This document shows positions 10,815 through 22,427 of a stretch of DNA of 32,517 nt, piece by piece. Position numbers and translations under genes: made by a program. Source of the stretch: Octopus bimaculoides (taxonomy: Eukaryota); assembly GCF_001194135.2 (NCBI RefSeq), contig NC_069004.1, forward strand, positions 29,550,481 to 29,582,997, in the 5' to 3' direction. Below the pieces are notes generated by a model. That model made no database searches. It had not been told where the DNA came from and saw only the letters and a program-made list of their open reading frames with translations. The number at the start of each line of letters is the position of its first letter. Position 1 is the first letter of the stretch.

Positions 10815-11374
10815 TCACTCGAGGAGGACACCACTTCCCTCTCCACTCACAATTTCCTTTTCAAGTGAAACTTGAAGTCAATGAGAGTTCTATCAAAGAG
10901 GAATGTATCTGTCCTCATGCCTTGTCCACCAAACAACATCATTCACCACAGCCACCAGGCAAAGGAAAACTGCCATTGCCTGCCCGATTGCAGAAGGGCG
11001 GCGGTGCAGTCACCAATACCGACTCGGCCGACAGGCGGATACGTCCCACATGTGACAGCAGCTGTTCGACATAACCCGGACACTGAAGAAGTGCGTGTAG
11101 AACGGTTTCGTCACTCTACGCGCACCTCGGACGAGTGTGTCTGACAACACATCCGTGCCTGTAGAGTCTATCTCGAACCGGTAACGCTGCCAGACGAAGG
11201 ACATTTTGAAATTATCCATGATAGTTCTCGACCGGAAAGTACCAGCGAAACACTGGGGTCGATAGAATCTACTGGTACCCTCTCCACAAATCTGAGGCCT
11301 TGTGCCACCAGTAGAAAGGATTATCATTTTTATCATCATCATTATCATCATTACCATAATTCTCTTCATTTTCA

Positions 11375-11421
<47 letters not shown>

Positions 11422-11425
11422 TTAT
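10815..11425 (+). mobile_element. GC-richer putative 5'-truncated retroposon ending in a family C tail and (TCA)n(TTA)n
   Basis: aagtaccag...ctggggtcgat...ccctctccacaaatctgaggccttgtgcc...gtagaaagg at 11237-11320 is immediately followed by the trinucleotide tail. The upstream about 420 bp is unidentified. Confidence 0.55.
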
Positions 11426-12084
11426 TTATTTATTTCTTCTTTCATTTACACGGAAGAGTAGGCGGAGAAGGTGGAGGAGGTTATGGACGACGCAACGTAA
11501 ATATTTCAAATCCTTTAATTGTATAAACAACATTTCAGGCTATCATTGATAAATTTAAATATTCACTTAATTTCACGGTTCAGTGAATATTTGCTCACCC
11601 AATTATCTGGGGGGAAATTATCTAAATTTCTTTAGAGAATCATACTTTTTTTTTACTTTTTTTCTTGATTTCTATTTATTATTTTTATTGCTTATTTTTC
11701 TTTTATTTTTTGCTTTATATTCTATTTTTCATTTTATTTAATTTTTTTTATATTTTCAATTTTCCTGTTTTTATCCCCCCACCCCACCCCGACGCACTCT
11801 AAAGCACAAAGCGTCTTGCTTTATGATGTGATTGCCATTTTATAAAACAACCTAATTAACATGTTAATATAATTGATTGCATTTTTTTTTTCTTTTGATT
11901 ACATTTTTGTCTTTTAACAAAGCTGAGAAGTTGGCTTTTTTGTTAATGTAACTGATACCGCGCGGTATTTATTTCACGGTGTTGGATTCACGGTTCGACA
12001 CTCACCGAAATCGACTTTAAACATCCTTTATTGAGTGGGGTGTAATTTTAATGTAATTCTGAACGTTACAATGGAAAATAAAAG

Positions 12085-12086
<2 letters not shown>

Positions 12087-12164
<78 letters not shown>

Positions 12165-12206
12165 TACTACTATTATTATTATTATTACTATAATTATTAT
12201 TATTAT
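12087..12206. repeat. (TTA)n microsatellite running into a gap
   Basis: Direct inspection. Confidence 0.97.
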
Positions 12207-13099
12207 NNNNNNNNNNNNNNNNNNNNNNNNNNNNNNNNNNNNNNNNNNNNNNNNNNNNNNNNNNNNNNNNNNNNNNNNNNNNNNNNNNNNNNNNNNNNNN
12301 NNNNNNNNNNNNNNNNNNNNNNNNNNNNNNNNNNNNNNNNNNNNNNNNNNNNNNNNNNNNNNNNNNNNNNNNNNNNNNNNNNNNNNNNNNNNNNNNNNNN
12401 NNNNNNNNNNNNNNNNNNNNNNNNNNNNNNNNNNNNNNNNNNNNNNNNNNNNNNNNNNNNNNNNNNNNNNNNNNNNNNNNNNNNNNNNNNNNNNNNNNNN
12501 NNNNNNNNNNNNNNNNNNNNNNNNNNNNNNNNNNNNNNNNNNNNNNNNNNNNNNNNNNNNNNNNNNNNNNNNNNNNNNNNNNNNNNNNNNNNNNNNNNNN
12601 NNNNNNNNNNNNNNNNNNNNNNNNNNNNNNNNNNNNNNNNNNNNNNNNNNNNNNNNNNNNNNNNNNNNNNNNNNNNNNNNNNNNNNNNNNNNNNNNNNNN
12701 NNNNNNNNNNNNNNNNNNNNNNNNNNNNNNNNNNNNNNNNNNNNNNNNNNNNNNNNNNNNNNNNNNNNNNNNNNNNNNNNNNNNNNNNNNNNNNNNNNNN
12801 NNNNNNNNNNNNNNNNNNNNNNNNNNNNNNNNNNNNNNNNNNNNNNNNNNNNNNNNNNNNNNNNNNNNNNNNNNNNNNNNNNNNNNNNNNNNNNNNNNNN
12901 NNNNNNNNNNNNNNNNNNNNNNNNNNNNNNNNNNNNNNNNNNNNNNNNNNNNNNNNNNNNNNNNNNNNNNNNNNNNNNNNNNNNNNNNNNNNNNNNNNNN
13001 NNNNNNNNNNNNNNNNNNNNNNNNNNNNNNNNNNNNNNNNNNNNNNNNNNNNNNNNNNNNNNNNNNNNNNNNNNNNNNNNNNNNNNNNNNNNNNNNNNN

Positions 13100-13149
<50 letters not shown>

Positions 13150-13310
13150 CGATTACTACATCTCTCCATCTTTATCCTTTTTAGCAAATCCACTCAGTTT
13201 CACACATTCCTTTCCTTCCAATTACTTTTATAATAAATTTATTATAACCTCCTTCGATTTCATTCACCACTTTTTTTTTTTATCCATCCATATTATCCAC
13301 TTCTAATATT

Positions 13311-13545
13311 GGAAGCGCGTGGTTTAGTAGGTAGGTTGTTAGACTCATGATCGTAACATTGTGATTTCTATTCCTAGACCGAGCGATGCGTTGTGTTCTT
13401 GAGCAAGTCTCTTCATTTTACGTTGCTCTAATCCTCTCATTTGGCAAAGATGAGTAATCCTGCGACAGACTGGCGTCCTGTCAGGCTAGGGTATATATAT
13501 ATATACGCCATGCAGACCCGGAAACCGGCCCTGATGATTCTATGA
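13311..13545 (+). mobile_element. tRNA-derived CORE-type SINE, family B (short body)
   Basis: Head gaagcgcgtggtttagtagg...ctcatgatcgtaacattgtgatttctattcc, followed by gcgttgtgttcttgagcaag...ttttacgttgctc shared with the 27271 and 31999 copies. Confidence 0.8.
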
Positions 13546-13698
13546 TCATTATTCTATCCAATATTCCAACCTCATTCATTACCCAAACATGCTTATATTC
13601 TCAATATTCATCTTTTATCTCAAATTCACCATTATGCTAAACTGCCCGCTGACAAATCTAATCGCGATTTTCAACATTACATACATACATGCATATTT

Positions 13699-13856
13699 GA
13701 CAGGCTTCTTTCAGTTTCCGTGTACCGAATCTACTCACAAGGCTTTGATCGACCCGACGCTATAGTAGAAGACACTTGCCCAAGATCCATGAAGTAGGAC
13801 TGAACCCAGTACTATATATTTGGGAAGTAATCTTCTTGCCACACAGCCACGTCTGT
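13699..13856 (-). mobile_element. SINE family A, 5' half
   Basis: ggcttctttcagtttccg...ctcacaaggctttg...ctatagtagaagacacttgcccaag...ggactgaaccc...tgggaag is the reverse complement of the family A head. Confidence 0.85.
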
Positions 13857-13986
13857 CTTTTCATTAAATTAATATAGCGTGCTGTACGCACTGTACAGAA
13901 CATTAGCAATAATATAATTTAATAATTATGGAAGGCAATTAGAAATTCAGATGTTATATTATTTAAATAAATATAAATTTGTTGCT

Positions 13987-14835
13987 CTAGGCACAATAGT
14001 TTTTGTTAGCATCATATCATTAGAAAAAATTTAAGGTGGAGAGAAGAGCACTTCTGTGTATATGTACCACGTACATCTAGAGTTATTCTATGATGCACAG
14101 AATTTGGAGGTAAGCAGTGCGTATTTGAAGAAATAATTAGAAATATACCACTATGGACAATGTGTTTCTGATTATGTCGTGTCATCATCAGAAAAGAAAA
14201 AAGTTCTTAGGATTGAATAACAGTGTTGTTTATAAGTATTATGTACAACCGGAGCTGCTACACTATGACACCAAAAGCCTGGTGGTGATTGGTAGTGATC
14301 ACTGATCTAACTATGATGCTTCTCAAAAAAACGTGTGTAAATATATTACTATGGACACATGGTTTCTAATAGCGTTGTACCATCATCAGAATGAAAAGAT
14401 AATGTGGAGAGTTGAGAAGTTCTGTTTATATGAACTATGTACGTCCAGAGTTGTTTTATGATGCACAGAGACTGGTGGTAGGCAATGAGTAGTGGGTGTG
14501 CATCTGAACTATGGACACGGTGTTTCTGATTATGTCGTGTCCTCATCAGAAACGAAAAGATAATTTAGATCAAATAACAATTTTGTATATACGTTCTATG
14601 TACAGCCAGAACTGCTAAACTATAACACCAAAAGGCTTGTGTTAACTGGTGGTGTTCATAGATCTGAGTTTGATGCTTCGCAAGGAAATATATATAAATA
14701 TATGGCTATGGACATGGTTTCTGAGAACGTTGTATCATCGTCAGAAAGGAAAAAATGATTTGGTTAGAATAAGAGTTCTGTTTATAAATATTAAGTACAG
14801 CCGGAGTTGTTGTTTGATGATGCCAACAAATCTGA
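13987..14835. repeat. Higher-order tandem array: five alternating short and long monomers (164, 198, 160, 197, partial), about 358-bp dimer period
   Basis: ctatggac at 14151, 14349, 14509 and 14706, with degenerate ctaggcac at 13987; ttctgt(g/t)tata at 14052, 14420 and 14776. Confidence 0.9.
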
Positions 14836-15028
14836 TGGCGGGTCGGTGCGCGGTGGTCGTACGTAGTGGACGATCGGTCTGTATCGGAATGTTTTTCGAA
14901 AAGATTGTTTTCCAGAAGAAAATTCTTGCACCAATTAACCGAGATATGATAAAGTAGGAAAAACAAATTTTTGGAAAACAAGTTTTAATATTACGTGATG
15001 GACAGTGTTAGAATGCTACAGAATAACA

Positions 15029-15093
<65 letters not shown>

Positions 15094-15125
15094 TAATGAT
15101 GATAATAACAGCAACAACAAGAGTA

Positions 15126-15166
<41 letters not shown>
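15029..15166. repeat. (AAT)n...(GAT)n compound microsatellite
   Basis: Direct inspection. Confidence 0.97.
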
Positions 15167-15342
15167 AAAACGACTGAATTATCTGTTCTGTTCATTAAGT
15201 TCACATGCTCCCGTTAATGAGAACAGTGGGCGTATGAGAGGTAAAGACGAGAAGGAGGAGAAGGATGAGGGGGTAGAAAAGAGAAGCATTTGACAATTTG
15301 AAGCAATTAATATCAATATATATATATATACATTTCTTACAG

Positions 15343-15414
15343 AGAATGAATTATTGCCAGGAATTACTCAGATGTCTATATTTCTTATAAATCCGAGATA
15401 CATTATAATTGCTG
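15343..15414 (+). CDS. Candidate internal coding exon, 72 nt, phase 1-1, (E/K/Q)NELLPGITQMSIFLINPRYIIIA; product unknown
   Basis: Acceptor tttcttacAG, donor CTG/GTAAGT, length divisible by 3, one stop-free frame, located in non-repetitive sequence. No partner exon or homologue established. Confidence 0.4.
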
Positions 15415-15732
15415 GTAAGTTTAGTTGCTATCAGGTGTGAGAAAGTCTAGCGTTTCGCACCATATTGGTAACCATACTTATTAACACCTACAGTCTCTGA
15501 TGCATTCTGTTGGTTTCATATTTGTTGACGTAGGCACTCACCGGTTTACTACGAAGCAGTATTATATTGTAATTATGTAATTTTATAGGTATCGTTGTTA
15601 ATATATCGTAGTTAATATATGAAGTGTTACTGTGGACTTCTTGTGGGAGAAGTGTTGGTATTAATAGTGTTAATGTAGAAAAAGTGTCACTAGATATAAG
15701 GGATGAGGTAGAAAGCGATTACACAGACAGTC

Positions 15733-15808
15733 AGGTAGGTAGGTAGGTAGGTAGGTAGGTAGGTAGGTAGGTAGGCGGGTAGGTAGGTAGGTAAGTAGAC
15801 AGAGAGTG

Positions 15809-15875
<67 letters not shown>

Positions 15876-15964
15876 CAATCAGACAGACAGACAGACAGAC
15901 AATCAGACAGATAGACCTACAGACAGACGGACAGACAGATAGAGAGACAGACAGACGGACAGAC

Positions 15965-16014
<50 letters not shown>
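15733..16014. repeat. Compound tetranucleotide (AGGT)n(AGAT)n(AGAC)n(AGAT)n
   Basis: Direct inspection. Confidence 0.97.
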
Positions 16015-16216
16015 TGTTGAACTATTTATTACTTATTATAGAAGAAAGACTAACTGGAAATGTGTGAGAATAGGCTGATGGGCAAAAGGTCATATTATTT
16101 AGAGGTAAGAGTCTGTGTGGTGGTTTTTGTTCCCTCGTCGTCATTATGAGAATCACTATCGCCATGATCACCATTATAACATGATCGTGAACATGAAAGC
16201 CATCTCGTCATTCCAT

Positions 16217-16520
16217 CTTCTTCTTCTTCTTCTTCTTCTTCTTCTTCTTCTTCTTCTTCTTCTTCTTCTTTTTCTTCTTCTTCTTCTTCTTCTTCTTCTT
16301 TTTCTTCGTCTTCGTCTTCTTATTCTTCTCCTTCCTCTACTTCTTCTTCTTCTTCTTCGTCTTCTTCTTCTTCGTCTTCTTCTTCTTCTTCTTCTTCTTC
16401 TTCGTCTTCTCCTTCTTCTTCTTCCTCTTCTTATTCTTCTTCTTCTCCTTCTTCTTCTTCTTCCTCTTCTTATTCTTCTTCTTCTTCTTCTTCGTCTTCT
16501 TCTTCTTCTTCTTCTTCTTC

Positions 16521-16553
<33 letters not shown>
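16217..16553. repeat. (CTT)n followed by (TTA)n
   Basis: Direct inspection; explains the poly-Leu ORF. Confidence 0.97.
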
Positions 16554-17399
16554 NNNNNNNNNNNNNNNNNNNNNNNNNNNNNNNNNNNNNNNNNNNNNNN
16601 NNNNNNNNNNNNNNNNNNNNNNNNNNNNNNNNNNNNNNNNNNNNNNNNNNNNNNNNNNNNNNNNNNNNNNNNNNNNNNNNNNNNNNNNNNNNNNNNNNNN
16701 NNNNNNNNNNNNNNNNNNNNNNNNNNNNNNNNNNNNNNNNNNNNNNNNNNNNNNNNNNNNNNNNNNNNNNNNNNNNNNNNNNNNNNNNNNNNNNNNNNNN
16801 NNNNNNNNNNNNNNNNNNNNNNNNNNNNNNNNNNNNNNNNNNNNNNNNNNNNNNNNNNNNNNNNNNNNNNNNNNNNNNNNNNNNNNNNNNNNNNNNNNNN
16901 NNNNNNNNNNNNNNNNNNNNNNNNNNNNNNNNNNNNNNNNNNNNNNNNNNNNNNNNNNNNNNNNNNNNNNNNNNNNNNNNNNNNNNNNNNNNNNNNNNNN
17001 NNNNNNNNNNNNNNNNNNNNNNNNNNNNNNNNNNNNNNNNNNNNNNNNNNNNNNNNNNNNNNNNNNNNNNNNNNNNNNNNNNNNNNNNNNNNNNNNNNNN
17101 NNNNNNNNNNNNNNNNNNNNNNNNNNNNNNGTTTTTACTTCTTATTCTTATTCTTCTCCTTCTTCCTATTCTTGCTCTTCTTTACCTTGTTCACCACCAA
17201 TACCACCATTACCATCATCATCATCATCATCATCATCATAATCATCATAATCATCATAATCACCATCATCATCATCTTCTCCATCGTCTCATAGTCGTTG
17301 TCATCATCATCGTCATCATCATCGTCATCATCATCTTCCTTGTCATCATTTTCGTTCCACAAAATATAGTCTAATTTGCTATTGACTTACATTGAATCT

Positions 17400-17612
17400 T
17401 TCTTCTCTCTCTCTCTCTCTCTCACGTTCTTAATCTCTCTCCCTCTCTCTTCCTCTCTCTCTCTACCTTTCTTTCTCTCTTTCACTCTCTCTCTCTCTCT
17501 CTCTCTTTCTTTCTCTTTCTCTCGCTTTCTCCCCATCTCTCTCTTTCTCTCTCCGCCCCTCTATTCCTCTCACTTTCTCTCTCAATCTCTCTCCTTCTTT
17601 CTCTCTCTCTTA
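17400..17612. repeat. Imperfect (CT)n polypyrimidine tract
   Basis: Direct inspection. Confidence 0.93.
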
Positions 17613-18056
17613 ACCGCACACATATGCACACACAAAGAGGCACTCATACAACCACACACACACTCCCCCCCCCTCACTCGTCGCAGTATATTTCTATTTA
17701 CACTCACCATATGCCCTCCGTTCAATCAGTAATATAATCGCTTATCTAAGACAGGCGGCCAATATTACAGACTCCGCTATGTTCAGTTAAACAGGCGAGA
17801 TTTTATACTACTTCTAGCAAGACAAAGAGCTTTACATACACACACACACATACGCACACACGCACACACATGAACCCATGTGTTCCTAAATATATGCATA
17901 TATTCATGTATATATGCATGTGTGCATGTGCGTATGTGCGTGTGTGTGTGTATGTATTTATACGTATTTATGTATCTGTATTCATATATATATATATACA
18001 TACATGTATGTATATAAACATATATGTACGTATATACATTTATGTATATATATATA

Positions 18057-18088
<32 letters not shown>

Positions 18089-18989
18089 NNNNNNNNNNNN
18101 NNNNNNNNNNNNNNNNNNNNNNNNNNNNNNNNNNNNNNNNNNNNNNNNNNNNNNNNNNNNNNNNNNNNNNNNNNNNNNNNNNNNNNNNNNNNNNNNNNNN
18201 NNNNNNNNNNNNNNNNNNNNNNNNNNNNNNNNNNNNNNNNNNNNNNNNNNNNNNNNNNNNNNNNNNNNNNNNNNNGCACATATATATACACATATATACA
18301 TATATATATGTAAATATATGTATATATGTTTGTGTGTGTTTGTGTGTATGTTTATGTGTGTACGTGTGTGTATGTATGTATGTATGTATGTTTGTTTGTA
18401 TATATATATATATATATATATATATGGAAGATGACGGCTTTAAACTGTACGCCTCGTTTTAAATTCTAAATACCTTAACGTTTATTGAGAGGGAAAAAAA
18501 GTATTGAACCGGCGAAGAATCTTACATTAAGACAAAATGTCAACGTTTTCTTCAGCTTTTTCTTTCGTCTTTCTATATCTTACATAAAAACTGAAATATT
18601 TTAAGTTACTCTATAGGTACGTAAGTTTCTTGCTATCTCTTAAGAACAATATTTCTGAAGAATAATAGCGAAAAATGATTGATTTTTTTTTAACCTCTTA
18701 AAGGATTATAAAATAACGACAGATATACTTATAAACGAACGTACACACATACACATACGTTCAAATGAACTAATACCCCCATTGCAATGTTGACGGGTAT
18801 AAATATTTCCTCTCGTCATTTTAAGTAAAAGTATGTACGTATATATACTGTATATACGTACATGCATACACATACATGCATTCATACATACATATATAAG
18901 TACGTACGTACATGAGTGCATGCATACATACAAACTATCTTCGTCCAAATAGTCGCCATTACTGACAGCTAACTCCCAAAGTCTTTTTT

Positions 18990-19145
18990 TTTTATTCTCG
19001 CTCTGTTTTTTTATTTTCTGTTTATTTCCTCGTGTTCCTTTTCGTTGAAGAGCATAGGCTCGAAACCTAAAAGGCTTTCACATCTTTCCGAGCGTCAAAC
19101 TAATACACCTGCTTCTTATTTATACACCCGTCTTCGTCTTTGGTG
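18990..19145 (+). mobile_element. Penelope-like terminal (pLTR-type) remnant
   Basis: ttgaagagcataggctcgaaacc at 19045-19067, followed by ccgagcgtcaaactaatacac...gtcttcgtc. The TGAAGA...CGAAAC signature is typical of Penelope-like ends; assignment is from recollection. Confidence 0.5.
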
Positions 19146-19172
19146 CTTAATTTGCTTATCCACATAATTGCC

Positions 19173-19236
19173 CCTCTCTCTCTTTCTCTCTCTCTCTCCC
19201 TTTCTCTCGTCCTCTCTCTCTCTCTCTCACTCTCTC

Positions 19237-19326
<90 letters not shown>

Positions 19327-19333
19327 TCTCTCT
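19173..19333. repeat. (CT)n microsatellite
   Basis: Direct inspection. Confidence 0.97.
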
Positions 19334-19340
19334 AAGAGAG

Positions 19341-19610
19341 TGAAGGCACACCTTGCATGCAAAGTCATGGTGTGTAATACACCTTATTTCACGTTGCCCC
19401 AATCCACTGGGCCGTAATTGGATTAACCCGTGATTCACTGGCGTCGTGTTTAGGACTAATGTCTTGAATTCGATCACTTATACACCATAGGCCAGTCCGC
19501 CGACCCATCGGGACGGCGTCCGTTTGAAGGCTACACTAATGCCAGGAAGTGCATTGTGACCAGTGGTGTGTAACAACATCAGACAGTCTGATCGATACAG
19601 TGATACAGTA
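19341..19610 (+). mobile_element. SINE family B variant with internally deleted head
   Basis: Starts tgaaggc like the 27595 head; ttatttcacgttgccccaatccac and actggcgtc match 13415-13477; the 3' body is distinct. Confidence 0.6.
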
Positions 19611-20424
19611 ACATATACATATATGTATGTGTGCTTGTGTACACACATTGATATATATGTGTCTATATATGTATGTTAATATGTATAAATGTATGTATGC
19701 ATGTATATATGTATATATGTATGTATGTATATGTTTATATGTTTACAGTTAATGGGTCAGAAGTAATATACCCAAGGTATTTGTTATATTAACATCTTGA
19801 ATGTGACATTTGAGCAAATGTGTTTATGCTATAAGCATCGTTAACATATATACATATATANNNNNNNNNNNNNNNNNNNNNNNNNNNNNNNNNNNNNNNN
19901 NNNNNNNNNNNNNNNNNNNNNNNNNNNNNNNNNNNNNNNNNNNNNNNNNNNNNNNNNNNNNNNNNNNNNNNNNNNNNNNNNNNNNNNNNNNNNNNNNNNN
20001 NNNNNNNNNNNNNNNNNNNNNNNNNNNNNNNNNNNNNNNNNNNNNNNNNNNNNNNNNNNNNNNNCATGTATGTGTGGATATATATGTGTGTATGTATATA
20101 TGTATGTATGTATGTATATATGTATGTATGTATGTATGTATATGTATATATACATGCGAATGCAGTGTGTTAATCCAAGTGTGATTGATTCAAAATAGGA
20201 ATTCAAAGTGACCATTTTCTATCAAATTATCATTGTTATCTATCAAAGCAAATCTTGTATTATTTGGTATGTTTGCAAAGAAATATATGTCGCTATAAAT
20301 CTGTCGATGAACGCTGTACTTCCTCTTTTATGTTTGAGGAAGGCATTCCAGATATCTGTTTAACTCAATAACGCCATTGTAATACTTTGTTACAGAATAC
20401 TCCAGTTGATGTTTTGGTTGTTGT

Positions 20425-20495
20425 AGTTTTTGTTTCGTATTGTTGTTGCTGTTTACAGTTAGCCTCAGGCTGGCTCTGATCGACGAGAACTTTTC
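20425..20495 (-). mobile_element. Family D retroposon 3' tail
   Basis: Minus strand gtcgatcagagccagcctgaggctaac...aaacagcaacaaca matches the gctcgatcagggctgacctg motif of 27925-28330. Confidence 0.6.
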
Positions 20496-20519
20496 TGAAA
20501 TGTTTTGAAGTTGTGACCA

Positions 20520-20657
20520 GTGGTGGTTACGTGGTTACGAAGCTCAGTTTGTAACTATGTGCTTTCGGATTCGGTCCCATTACGCGGTACCTTGGGCAAG
20601 TATCTCCAACTATTTAGGGCCGTGAGTGAATTTGGTAGGCGCAATCGATGTGGAAGC
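20520..20657 (+). mobile_element. SINE family A, degenerate 5' half
   Basis: ggattcggtccca...ggtaccttgggcaagtatct...gtgagtgaatttggtag. Confidence 0.7.
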
Positions 20658-20717
20658 TAAACATTTTAACCCACTAATCGACTTCTACTTATTTATCCAA
20701 ATTATTATTTATTTTTA

Positions 20718-20772
<55 letters not shown>

Positions 20773-22089
20773 NNNNNNNNNNNNNNNNNNNNNNNNNNNN
20801 NNNNNNNNNNNNNNNNNNNNNNNNNNNNNNNNNNNNNNNNNNNNNNNNNNNNNNNNNNNNNNNNNNNNNNNNNNNNNNNNNNNNNNNNNNNNNNNNNNNN
20901 NNNNNNNNNNNNNNNNNNNNNNNNNNNNNNNNNNNNNNNNNNNNNNNNNNNNNNNNNNNNNNNNNNNNNNNNNNNNNNNNNNNNNNNNNNNNNNNNNNNN
21001 NNNNNNNNNNNNNNNNNNNNNNNNNNNNNNNNNNNNNNNNNNNNNNNNNNNNNNNNNNNNNNNNNNNNNNNNNNNNNNNNNNNNNNNNNNNNNNNNNNNN
21101 NNNNNNNNNNNNNNNNNNNNNNNNNNNNNNNNNNNNNNNNNNNNNNNNNNNNNNNNNNNNNNNNNNNNNNNNNNNNNNNNNNNNNNNNNNNNNNNNNNNN
21201 NNNNNNNNNNNNNNNNNNNNNNNNNNNNNNNNNNNNNNNNNNNNNNNNNNNNNNNNNNNNNNNNNNNNNNNNNNNNNNNNNNNNNNNNNNNNNNNNNNNN
21301 NNNNNNNNNNNNNNNNNNNNNNNNNNNNNNNNNNNNNNNNNNNNNNNNNNNNNNNNNNNNNNNNNNNNNNNNNNNNNNNNNNNNNNNNNNNNNNNNNNNN
21401 NNNNNNNNNNNNNNNNNNNNNNNNNNNNNNNNNNNNNNNNNNNNNNNNNNNNNNNNNNNNNNNNNNNNNNNNNNNNNNNNNNNNNNNNNNNNNNNNNNNN
21501 NNNNNNNNNNNNNNNNNNNNNNNNNNNNNNNNNNNNNNNNNNNNNNNNNNNNNNNNNNNNNNNNNNNNNNNNNNNNNNNNNNNNNNNNNNNNNNNNNNNN
21601 NNNNNNNNNNNNNNNNNNNNNNNNNNNNNNNNNNNNNNNNNNNNNNNNNNNNNNNNNNNNNNNNNNNNNNNNNNNGTGTATCCTTATATGTATATGCATC
21701 TGTGTGTGTATGTGCATGTTCATGTGTGTGTGTGTGTCTGTATCATTGGTTTTTAGTAGCACTATGACGTAGTACACGCTATGAAATATAGTGTAATTAT
21801 CTGCTTATTTAACTAGCTGTGTTAATTAGACATTATAAAAACTACAGTACAAAGGAAACAAAGAGATGCTGTCCTCAGATTGTATGAAACAGGAGGTTAT
21901 TAATTATATGCGCATGATCGAGCAATATGGCAATAACAAAAATATACGGCGCTTAAAAAATTTCTGCTTTTTTTTCTATTGTAGGAAGTAGGTAAAAGTA
22001 TGAGGTTACTAATTCTATAGACGTGAGTTCCAATCTCGCTGTGAGCATTTGATCGTGTTTTTAGGGCTAATAATTATATTTCATTTTTT

Positions 22090-22325
22090 TATATTTTACT
22101 TGTTTCAGTTAGAGGACTGTGGTCATACTGGGGCAGTGATTGACTTGAAGGGGTTTAGTCGAACGAATCGACCCAAGTACTTAGGTGGTTTTTTTAAAGT
22201 CTGGTACATATTGAATCGGGCTCTTTTTTGTCGATGCACTGAGCTACGGGACAACAAATACACCATCAATGGTTGTCAAGTAGTGGAGTGAACAATCACA
22301 ACACAAACGCAAAGACACACACGCA
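22090..22325 (-). mobile_element. SINE family A, 3' half
   Basis: ttacttgtttcag...gactgtggtcatactgg...ttagtcgaacgaatcgacc...ggttgtcaag. Confidence 0.8.
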
Positions 22326-22394
22326 TCCATGCAAACTACATAAATACATATATATATGTACATATATGTATGTATGTATGCATGCATGCATACA

Positions 22395-22427
<33 letters not shown>

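Noticed and set aside
11955-11968. Perfect 14-bp palindrome ataccgcgcggtat
   Set aside because: Isolated, with no associated element ends or repeats.
13521-13537. GAAAC...CTGATGA hammerhead-like words
   Set aside because: Only 5 nt separate them, too few for stems III and I; they lie within a SINE body.
16042-16104. 63-nt AG...GTAAGA exon candidate
   Set aside because: Stop codons in all three frames.
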